Origin: Methylorubrum extorquens
Lineage (GTDB): Bacteria; Pseudomonadota; Alphaproteobacteria; Rhizobiales; Beijerinckiaceae
Direction: 5' to 3'
Assembly (NCBI GenBank): GCA_900234795.1
Contig: LT962688.1
Location: forward strand, 5,160,001-5,192,000
DNA: 32,000 nt
The notes beneath the pieces were generated by a model, which was not told the DNA's origin, did no database searches, and saw nothing but the letters and a program-made list of their open reading frames with translations. Positions 1 through 7,814 of this stretch are shown one piece after another. Within the stretch, counting starts at the first letter, position 1, and each line of letters begins with the position of its first letter. Both the position numbers and the translations under genes were made by a program.

Positions 1-517
1 ACCGGAGCCGAGCGAGCCTGGACAGCGCCTCCGTCCCGGCGAAAAAAGGGGCTCTGCCACTGGCCCGAACCCGACGGACCGGGGCAAGCCGGGCACGAAG
101 CGGCACCTCGTCACCGATGCCCGCGGCACGCCGCTTGGCCTCCTCCTGACGGGCGCCAATCGGCACGACAGCCCGCAGATGGCGCCCACCCTCGATGCCA
201 TTCCGCCGCTGAGCACGGGTCGGCGCGGCCGGCCGCGGCACCGGCCGGACAAGCTGCACGCCGACAAAGCTTACGACGCGAGGATCCGGCGGCAGGAGTG
301 TCGTGCACGCGGCATCGTCCCGCGCATCGCCCGCAAGGGTGCTGAGAGCAGCGAGAAACTCGGCCGTCACCGCTGGGTCGTCGAGCGGACCCACGCTTGG
401 TTCAACCGCTTCCGCCGCCTGCCCGTGCGCTACGAACGCCGACACGACATCTACGAGGCCTTCACGACCCTCGCTGCAAGCCTCATCACCCTGAACCAGA
501 TCAGGCGGTTCTGTTAG
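1..517 (+). CDS. IS5-family (IS427-like) DDE transposase, C-terminal part; 5' end lies outside the window; reading frame changes inside an A6G4 tract (42-51)
   Basis: Frame 3 (3-50) reads ..LDSASVPAKKG. Frame 2 (50-517) continues GSATGPNPTDRGKPGTKRHLVTDARGTPLG..HADKAYD..RHRWVVERTHAWFNRFRRLPVRYERR, the typical IS5/DDE_Tnp_1 core and C-terminus. Confidence 0.8.
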   Translation, partial: PEPSEPGQRLRPGEKRGSATGPNPTDRGKPGTKRHLVTDARGTPLGLLLTGANRHDSPQMAPTLDAIPPLSTGRRGRPRHRPDKLHADKAYDARIRRQECRARGIVPRIARKGAESSEKLGRHRWVVERTHAWFNRFRRLPVRYERRHDIYEAFTTLAASLITLNQIRRFC

Positions 518-526
518 GCGCTCTTA
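1..526 (+). mobile_element. Right part of an IS5-family element; putative right terminus GGCGCTCT at 517-524
   Basis: The transposase stop at 515-517 overlaps GGCGCTCT. Its reverse complement AGAGCGCC recurs about 45 nt upstream of an IS-leader relic at 18474-18481. Confidence 0.5.
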
Positions 527-1179
527 AATGCCACGGTCCCAGAACCCTCAGCACCCACCGAAACAGCCAAGCCCCACATCATCGCGGTTTAAGCCCCTCC
601 AGCGGTCAGCCGCCCCTTATCGAAGACACATCGAAAGGGCTGCTTGGGGTGGAGGCTGTGTGAAAACGTTGAGGCCATAGAAGGATCTTCCCCTCTCACC
701 CCCTGTGCAGCGCCGGCATAGCACCCCGATGGCATCTTGGTTGCCAGCCAGAATGCTCGAATGTCGGCAACGCAGAAGATTGTTCTACAATTTCGGCGCG
801 CGCATGAGTTTTCACACAGCCTCGGTGGAAAGCGGCGGCTCGACAGATGGACGCCGAGCGGCTGGATTGCGCCATTAACGGACCTTCACCTTCGAGCTGC
901 GCAAAGGCTGCTCTTGGTAGGAGAGCAGCCCCTCAACAACTGAAGCAAGGTCCTCCGAGCGTCTGCAATGTTGGTTCGATCGGCTCAAGGCCAAGAACGC
1001 AGCGATGTTCGCCTGCACGAAGGTCCTGAAGAAACTCCGTGAATAACCTCCAAATGCGTCTGATGAAGTTCGGCCGGCAAACGCCGTAGAGCCCGCGATA
1101 GAGCTCAATCCCGCCATGGCCTTGGCAGTGTCGACGCCTATCCGACCCTTCTCCATCGCGCCGAGCCCGAGCCAGGCAC

Positions 1180-1296
1180 CAGGCGTGTGCGCAGGGCCCA
1201 GATGTGCTTCGGCTTCAGCGGCGGTTTGGGTCCGACAATACCGCCGCGGTTCCAGGGAACACGTGTGCTGGTGGGAACGGTAACGACTTCGGGCAT
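1180..1296 (-). pseudogene. Tyrosine recombinase/integrase, N-terminal 39-codon fragment
   Basis: ATG at 1296 is preceded by AGGAG. MPEVVTVPTSTRVPWNRGGIVGPKPPLKPKHIWALRTRL matches the N-terminus of Rhizobiales site-specific integrases (..GQKPPLKPKxIWAIRxRL..). Similarity stops after RTRL and a stop codon follows. Confidence 0.5.
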
Positions 1297-1890
1297 GACA
1301 GGCTCCTGAGTTGAGGAGCTCGTCATGAGGAACCTGTTGCTGCCGATGGGCCCAATGTCGAATGACGGATCTTTGCAGCACAAGCCGACATTGGCGTCGG
1401 CGGGCCCGGACCGCTGCTACCGATCCTGAGGAGCCATTTGGTGTCTCGTCAATGAGGGGCCGCTGACAGAGGCATAGCGGACCTGCCAGCGATCGCAGCT
1501 GAGCTTGGCTGTCCCAATGAGTGCCAGAGCTTCGAGCGGACAAGACGCTCCAGAATGCCAAGCCAACCGCTTGGAACGGGCTGAGCGGGCGTCCGGAACG
1601 TTCCGGCAGGCCTTGCCCACTCGGAACGTCAGACAGACGGTGCGCTGCCGGACCGAAGGCGCGCCGCTGTCCCATTCGGTCAAGCTGCCTTGCTCAGCTT
1701 CGGTATGCTGCCGCGCGCCACGACCCGATCTGGATCTCGAAGTGCACCCTGATCGAGCTGACGGTTAGCGAAGCCGATCCGGCTGCGAACCCAGACCGGC
1801 GACGGGGCTCAACCTCCAGATCACGTCAGAGGCGGAGCGCAATTTTTCACGAGGCGCCCTGCCTGAGCTGGCGGCCTCCAGGAGGCGGTC

Positions 1891-3351
1891 ATGGATGTCA
1901 CTAGACGGATCTTCGCCACGGGCGCAGCCGCGATGCCCTTCCTTGGTGCGAGCATGCCCTACGCGCGGGCTCAGAGCACGGCACAGATCGCGCAGAGCAA
2001 AGCCGAATGGCCTGACCTCGAGGAGGCCAAAAACATTGCCGAAGAAGGTTTCATCTACGGTTTACCACTCGTAATGATCTATGCGGTTATGCAAGAGTTT
2101 GCCGTCGACAAGAACTCGGGCCAGTTCAAGGCGCCGTTCAACGAAATTCGCAACATGCACCACGTCGCCACTCCAGAGGATACGGCTGTCATCACGCCAA
2201 ACAGCGACACGCCTTACTCGATGATCTGGCTGGATTTGCGCGCTGAACCGATGGTGATCTCGGTGCCGACGGTGCAAAGGGACCGCTACTACGCGGTCCA
2301 GCTCATCGACTGCAATACCTACAACTATGGCTACATCGGAACCCGAGCCACGGGTACGGAGCCGGGCGACTATCTGGTGATCGGTCCCGGCTGGAGAGAT
2401 GAGACGCCCACCGGGATCAAGAAGGTCTTCCGATCGACAACTCCCTTTTCCCTCGCGCTGGTCCGCACTCAACTCTTCAACCCCGACGATATGTCGAAGG
2501 TCGAGAAAGTTCAGGCCGGGTACAAGGCGCAGCCGCTGTCGGCGTTCCTCAAGCGGCCGGCTCCGCCTGCCGCGCCGAAGATCGACTTTTTCCCCGCCAC
2601 CACGGCTGGCATCAAAGATAACTTCTTCCAGTATCTCGACGCTGCCCTGCAATACGTTCCTGAGACGCCAAGGGACAAGGCGATCCGCGCGAGACTTGCG
2701 AAGATCGGCATTGGACCCGGCAAGACCTTCGCGTTCAAGGATTTATCGCTTGAGCACAAAGCCGCAATCCTGGCAGCCATGAAGCAGGGCGATGACAAGG
2801 TCGATAGTTGGCTGGCCAGGGGAAACAAGAACATTAACGGCTGGAACGTGGGCGCGTTCTTTGGCGACGAGGCCTTCTACAACGGCGATTGGGTGATGCG
2901 GGCAGGATCTGCCAAAGGCGGTCTCTTGGGCAACGATGCCGTAGAAGCGATGTATCCCTACACCCGAACAGACGTGACCGGTGAGCCACTCGATGGCAGC
3001 AAGCACAAGTACAGGATTACCTTCTCGCCTGGCCAACTGCCGCCAGTGAATGCGTTTTGGTCTGTCACGATGTACGACGGTAAGAGCCAGCTACTGGTCA
3101 AGAACCCGATCCATCGCTACCTCATCAACTCTCCGATGCTGCCGGGGATGAAGAAGGACGCGGATGGCTCGCTGACGCTTTACCTTCAGAAGGACAGCCC
3201 TGGTGTGGATAAGGAAGCTAATTGGCTTCCGGCGCCGGACGACAAAATCTATCTCGTCATGCGCCTATATTGGCCGAAAACTACGCCGCCTTCGATCCTA
3301 CCCGCGAGTGAAGGGACATGGCAGCCGCCCGGAGTGAAACGCGTCTCATAA
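1891..3351 (+). CDS. DUF1254/DUF1214 domain protein with a twin-arginine signal
   Basis: GGAGG lies 6 nt upstream of the ATG. N-terminus MDVTRRIFATGAAA..ARAQS. DUF1254-type block TPNSDTPYSMIWLDLRAEPMVISVP..RYYAVQLID. DUF1214-type block FWSVTMYD..ANWLPAP..YLVMRLYWP. Confidence 0.85.
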   Translation: MDVTRRIFATGAAAMPFLGASMPYARAQSTAQIAQSKAEWPDLEEAKNIAEEGFIYGLPLVMIYAVMQEFAVDKNSGQFKAPFNEIRNMHHVATPEDTAVITPNSDTPYSMIWLDLRAEPMVISVPTVQRDRYYAVQLIDCNTYNYGYIGTRATGTEPGDYLVIGPGWRDETPTGIKKVFRSTTPFSLALVRTQLFNPDDMSKVEKVQAGYKAQPLSAFLKRPAPPAAPKIDFFPATTAGIKDNFFQYLDAALQYVPETPRDKAIRARLAKIGIGPGKTFAFKDLSLEHKAAILAAMKQGDDKVDSWLARGNKNINGWNVGAFFGDEAFYNGDWVMRAGSAKGGLLGNDAVEAMYPYTRTDVTGEPLDGSKHKYRITFSPGQLPPVNAFWSVTMYDGKSQLLVKNPIHRYLINSPMLPGMKKDADGSLTLYLQKDSPGVDKEANWLPAPDDKIYLVMRLYWPKTTPPSILPASEGTWQPPGVKRVS

Positions 3352-3384
3352 CGCATGGACACTCCATAACGCCCAATCCGCGAA

Positions 3385-3411
3385 GGTCCGCTTCTGAGGC
3401 CGAAGCAGACC
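3385..3411. terminator. Hairpin between convergent genes (possible bidirectional terminator)
   Basis: GGTCCGCTTC-TGAGGCC-GAAGCAGACC gives a 10-bp stem with one mismatch. There is no U-tract. Confidence 0.3.
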
Positions 3412-3536
3412 ACCAATACACTGTACGGCTCATCGGCGCGCTTACGGCGCCTGCGCACGAATCCTGCGTCTCGGGTGGGTGCTCTCAGCAGGAACGAAGG
3501 CCAGCAGGACGAGCGGATCCGACCCGACGCCGCCCG

Positions 3537-4550
3537 TCAGTACTTCGTGACGAGCGGCTTGGTCTCGGCAACCGGCTTTGGCGGGGCGACCCAGAGCGGG
3601 GCCGAGATCGAAAGGTAAGTCGCCGTGCCGGTGAAGCGGTTCTTGACGTCGAGCTCGCGGAAGAACCGGACGTTCGTCGAGACTGGGATTTCACCCAGCT
3701 TGAACGTGTAGCCAATCTGGGCGCCGAGCGACGTCACTCGGCCTTTGAACGGACCAATCCGGTTGCCCGAGCCGCTGTCGCCGGTCAGCTGATCGTAGTA
3801 GTAGCCGACAAGACCGACCGACAGTTCCTTGCTCAGGTACTTCGAGGCGGACCACTCCAGGTGGAACTCGGTGCCGGTGAGGTACTGGGTCGCCGGGTTG
3901 ATCCAGTTGAAGGTGATGCCAGGCACCACTGAGAGCTCGTAGCCGAGCACCGGATCGAGGTAGGTGAGCGCACCGCTGAAGTCGATCGCCGGGCGGTTGA
4001 GCGCGATGTTGGAGAGCTGGCCGTTCTCAAAGGAGCCGGACGGCACGACACCCAGCAACGTCGTACTCCAATGGAAGTTCGCGGAGTGCCAGCCTACGAA
4101 CGAGGCGAGATAGATGTCTCCGACGTTGAAGATGGCGTCTCGCTCGCGACCGGCGATGATGCGGTCGATGCGCGGTGAGGAGAGAACCGCCCCGGCGCTC
4201 ACGTTGGGCGTGCCGAACGGAATGGTGATGGAAAACCCGAGATTGCCGCCCAGGATCTCGACTGGCGTGACCCAGATCGGCGTCGCGAAGTTCGCGCTGA
4301 AGTCGATCTTGACGTTCGCGGCTACAACGCCACCGCCCTGGAAGACACGCCCCCCGCCGAGGTTGCCCGAATAGTAGTAGGTCTCGCTCTCGAAGTAGAA
4401 GCCGGGCGGCGGCGTCACGCCCGCGAGAGGGCCGCGATTGCCCAGCACGTAGATGCCTTGCGCATATTCAGCCGCCTGTGCATCCGGCGTGGCCTGCAAC
4501 GCCGCAGCGCTCAAAAGCGCAAAGCAAAGGGGTCGCCAAGATTTCAGCAT
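3537..4550 (-). CDS. Outer-membrane channel of the MetA-pathway/SphA-like (Phenol_MetA_deg) family
   Basis: Signal peptide MLKSWRPLCFALLSAAALQATPDAQA. Gly/aromatic-rich beta-strand pattern (PPPGFYFESETYYYSG..), terminal aromatic residue (..KY), and a paralog at 27941-28962. The ORF track starts at a TTG at 4565; ATG 4550 is preferred. Confidence 0.8.
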   Translation of the reverse strand: MLKSWRPLCFALLSAAALQATPDAQAAEYAQGIYVLGNRGPLAGVTPPPGFYFESETYYYSGNLGGGRVFQGGGVVAANVKIDFSANFATPIWVTPVEILGGNLGFSITIPFGTPNVSAGAVLSSPRIDRIIAGRERDAIFNVGDIYLASFVGWHSANFHWSTTLLGVVPSGSFENGQLSNIALNRPAIDFSGALTYLDPVLGYELSVVPGITFNWINPATQYLTGTEFHLEWSASKYLSKELSVGLVGYYYDQLTGDSGSGNRIGPFKGRVTSLGAQIGYTFKLGEIPVSTNVRFFRELDVKNRFTGTATYLSISAPLWVAPPKPVAETKPLVTKY

Positions 4551-4986
4551 GAGCGCGCCCCCCAAAAGTCAGGCTGTTACATTCAAGCTCCCCGAAGCGC
4601 CAATAAATTACAAGCATCAATTTTGCACAGGCGCGCACCTCATGCGGTGGTGTTGCAAGATTGTCCCTCGATCCGGCTCGTTGATGCACTCACGGCAGTC
4701 CCCTGCGCCTAACGTCGAGAGAGCTAGAGGCAGCAGCCCGCATCCAAGTAGGGTCGATTAGTGCGATTAATAAGGCGGCGTTTGTCCCATAGGATCAAGC
4801 AGGATCTCCCTGCAGCCGTACCGTGATGCTGCCGAGCTCACCTGAATCGTACGGGGGCCCTCGGATTTGCCGCGGGCGCGTTGCCGTGCGCTCCACCTGC
4901 TTCCAGTGCGCTGAGCCTGCGAACGGCGTCAGCGCCCGTTGCCTATGCGGCCAACATGACTGGCTGCCTGCATCAGGACTTACCCG

Positions 4987-5274
4987 ATGGTCCGCTACGC
5001 CAGCCTCGCGCTCATCCTGCTGACCACCTCGGCCACCTGGGGCGGCGAAATTCCGCGCTATGACATCGAGGCAACCTGCCGAGCGGCCCCAACCCTGCAG
5101 GGCAACGCCGGAAACACGGATCGGAATTGCATCAAGGACGAGACGCAGGCCCGCACGCAGCTCGGCCAGCAATGGGCCGGCTTCGACGCGCGACAGCGGG
5201 ACGAATGCGTCCGGGAGGCGGGCCTCGGCGGATCGCCGAGCTACGTCGCCCTGCTGACGTGCCTGCAGATGTGA
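4987..5274 (+). CDS. Small secreted four-cysteine hypothetical protein
   Basis: Signal-like MVRYASLALILLTTSATWG, four Cys residues, high third-position GC. Confidence 0.55.
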   Translation: MVRYASLALILLTTSATWGGEIPRYDIEATCRAAPTLQGNAGNTDRNCIKDETQARTQLGQQWAGFDARQRDECVREAGLGGSPSYVALLTCLQM

Positions 5275-5370
5275 ACCGATGGAGAGGCACACGGGCTGCT
5301 GGGAGGCTCGTTCGGCTCCCTAGCGAACACCGCGGATACGGATACTGACCTGATCGTTCGGATTGCGCCC

Positions 5371-6477
5371 ATGGAGCCCCAGCCGTATTCCGTGACGCAC
5401 ACCTCGACCTTACGCCGAAGGGACTGCCTTCCAGCCAGGGATCTTGGCCTCCATCCAACCAGCCTGCCCGACGGCACCTCGGGCTCCATCCAATCGGCTC
5501 TTGCACAGGAAGACGCTCACCTGTTGCGGGACCTCGGTGCCGATCCCACTCCCCCCATCCAGGCTACAGGTCTGGGCCCCGCCATGTTGGCCGACCCGAA
5601 CGCGATCCTCCCGCTGGGGGCGTTCTGCGAGCTCATCGCCCGCACCGGGGCCTGCACGGGCTGCCCGCATTTCGGGCTGCTCCTGGGCGAGAGAGTGCGC
5701 CTGACCTCTCTCGGGCTGATCGGATCCCTGTTGCTGCACTCCGAGACCGTCGGTGACGCCCTGCGCAGCCTCATCCGGCATGCCGAGATGCATTGCGTTG
5801 GCGCCACAACCGCTCTGACCGCCAAGGACGGTACGGCCGTGTGGAACTGCGTGGTCTACGAGCCCGGCACGCGCTGCGCCGACCAGATTGCCGATGCCGC
5901 CGCCGCGGCGGGCACCAACGTGCTGCGGGCACTGTGTGGCCCGGACTGGTCTCCCGACGAGGTGCTCCTGCCGCGCGCGGTGCCGGCGGATGAGCTGACC
6001 TACCGCCACGTTTTCGGGGCACCCGTCCGGTTCAGTCGCGAAGCGGCGGCCCTGGTCTTCCCGGCCTCTCAGCTCGAACAGCCGATCCCGGGTGCGGACC
6101 CCGTGGTCCGGCGAGCCTTACAGGACAGGTTGCGGGTTGAAACGCGCAGGTCCGCCCTCGACTTCACGACGCGGCTCCGGCAATTGCTCCGAACCGAGCT
6201 GATGCACGGCGGCGGCTCCGCAGAGAGGATCGCAGGACTTCTCTCTATGCACCGGCGGACCCTGAGCCGGCGCCTGGAGGCGGAAGGAACGACGTTCCGC
6301 GCCGTGGCGCACCAGGGGCGTTTCGAGATCGCCCGCCTGTTGATCGAGCACACCGACATCCCATTCGTGCAAATCGCGACGGCGCTCGGCTTTTCCGAGG
6401 CCAGTGCCTTCACGCGAGCCTTCCAGCACTGGTCCGGGGACAGCCCGAGCGCCTGGCGCGCGGGACACCGGCCATAA
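5371..6477 (+). CDS. AraC-family transcriptional regulator
   Basis: C-terminal double HTH: ..IAGLLSMHRRTLSRRLEAEGTTFRAV..IPFVQIATALGFSEASAFTRAFQHWSGDSPSAWR. The N-terminal part resembles the AraC-type effector-binding domain. The exact start is uncertain. Confidence 0.85.
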   Translation: MEPQPYSVTHTSTLRRRDCLPARDLGLHPTSLPDGTSGSIQSALAQEDAHLLRDLGADPTPPIQATGLGPAMLADPNAILPLGAFCELIARTGACTGCPHFGLLLGERVRLTSLGLIGSLLLHSETVGDALRSLIRHAEMHCVGATTALTAKDGTAVWNCVVYEPGTRCADQIADAAAAAGTNVLRALCGPDWSPDEVLLPRAVPADELTYRHVFGAPVRFSREAAALVFPASQLEQPIPGADPVVRRALQDRLRVETRRSALDFTTRLRQLLRTELMHGGGSAERIAGLLSMHRRTLSRRLEAEGTTFRAVAHQGRFEIARLLIEHTDIPFVQIATALGFSEASAFTRAFQHWSGDSPSAWRAGHRP

Positions 6478-6527
6478 GCGGCCGCCAAGCTTCTCAAGGG
6501 CCTCATTCAGCATAACCAGGGGACTTG

Positions 6528-6607
6528 CCCTATATCATCAAGGCATTGACCGAAAAAATCATGGCCCTTTCACCAAAATGCAGGGAGGTGTCCCTATTGA
6601 TCAAGCA
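6528..6607. promoter_or_regulatory. Pair of 16-18-nt direct repeats in the araC-FGE1 intergenic region (candidate operator)
   Basis: CCCTATATCATCAAGGCA (6528-6545) and CCCTATTGATCAAGCA (6592-6607), in a locally AT-richer stretch that contains TTGACC (6547-6552). Confidence 0.3.
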
Positions 6608-6834
6608 CGGTTCCGCGGGTCCCCCATTGTGATGCTGCTTCGTGACCTGCGCAGCCCCGCGCAGGGTGCAGGGCAACCGCCTCGCGCGGCGATTGGCTGA
6701 GGAACGTCCTGATCGCCGTCGGTCTTGCCGCTGACCTGCTTGCGCTTTGCCAAGGGTGCCCATGCTGCACCGGTGAACGGCCACCGACTGAAGCTGCAGA
6801 GCGCGCGAAGGATTGAACCCAGAGGGATCGAACC

Positions 6835-7812
6835 ATGACGTCCGGGCTCGTCGGTGATGCCGTTCTCGCGCCAAAGCCCGCCGATCGCCCCGGCATGCGC
6901 TGGATCCCCGGTGGGACCTTTCGTATGGGCTCCGACCGGCACTATCCCGAGGAAGCCCCGGTTCATCGGGTCACCGTGGATGGCTTCTGGATGGACCAGA
7001 GCCCGGTCACGAATCGGCAGTTCCGGCGCTTCGTTCACGCCACAGGCTACCGCACCGTCGCCGAGATTCCGCCGGATCCGAAGGACTATCCCGGCGCGCT
7101 GCCGCATCTGCTGTTTGCTGGGTCGCTCGTCTTCGTGCCGCCACGCGGGCCCGTCGACCTGCGTCATTGCAGCCAGTGGTGGCGGTTCCTGAAAGGGGCG
7201 GACTGGCGCCATCCCTATGGCCCGGGCAGCTCGATCAAGGGCCTCGACGAGCACCCGGTGGTGCACGTCGCCTACGCCGATGCCGAGGCCTACGCAGCTT
7301 GGGCCGGTAAGGCGTTGCCGACCGAGGCCGAGTGGGAGTTCGCCGCGCGTGGCGGCCTCGACGGGGCGGAGTTCGCCTGGGGTGAAGAGTTCACGCCAAG
7401 CGGCCGCCTGATGGCTAACACCTGGCAGGGCGACTTTCCCTACCTGAACACCGCCGATGGCTCTTTCCGGCGGACGACTCCGGTGGGCGCCTTCCCGCCG
7501 AACGGCTACGGCCTCCTCGACATGATCGGCAACGTCTGGGAGTGGACGGCGGACTGGTTCGCGCAGCGGCATCAGGCCGACGCCCCGAAGGCCTGCTGCA
7601 TCCCCCAGAACCCGCGCGGCGGACGGGAGGCGGACAGCCTTGACCCTCGTGATCCGCAGAGCCTGATCCCGCGCAAGGTGGTGAAGGGCGGCTCGCATCT
7701 CTGCGCGCCGAACTACTGCCGGCGCTACCGCCCCGCCGCCCGCCACCCCCAGCCTGTCGACACATCGATGAGTCACGTGGGCTTCCGGACCATCATCAGG
7801 GAGAGGAACTGA
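6835..7812 (+). CDS. Formylglycine-generating enzyme (FGE/SUMF1 family), copy 1
   Basis: GTFRMGSDRHYPEEAPVHRVTVDGFWMD..PVTN..F, GNVWEWT, KGGSHLCAPNYCRRYRPAAR (Cys-x4-Cys pair). No signal peptide. Confidence 0.9.
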   Translation: MTSGLVGDAVLAPKPADRPGMRWIPGGTFRMGSDRHYPEEAPVHRVTVDGFWMDQSPVTNRQFRRFVHATGYRTVAEIPPDPKDYPGALPHLLFAGSLVFVPPRGPVDLRHCSQWWRFLKGADWRHPYGPGSSIKGLDEHPVVHVAYADAEAYAAWAGKALPTEAEWEFAARGGLDGAEFAWGEEFTPSGRLMANTWQGDFPYLNTADGSFRRTTPVGAFPPNGYGLLDMIGNVWEWTADWFAQRHQADAPKACCIPQNPRGGREADSLDPRDPQSLIPRKVVKGGSHLCAPNYCRRYRPAARHPQPVDTSMSHVGFRTIIRERN

Positions 7813-7814
7813 CC

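Noticed and set aside
875-1675. 266-aa minus-strand ORF across the degenerate region left of cluster A.
   Set aside because: The composition looks non-coding and it overlaps the integrase fragment in another frame. Its C-terminal part (875-1180; ..FFRTFVQANIAAFLA..) only vaguely recalls phasin-like proteins, too weakly to call.
6805-6832. T-loop-like strings GGTTCGATCC and GGTTCAATCC on the minus strand, suggestive of a tRNA 3' half or an att site.
   Set aside because: The flanking bases do not form a T-stem, an acceptor stem or any cloverleaf. The segment overlaps the SD region of FGE1.
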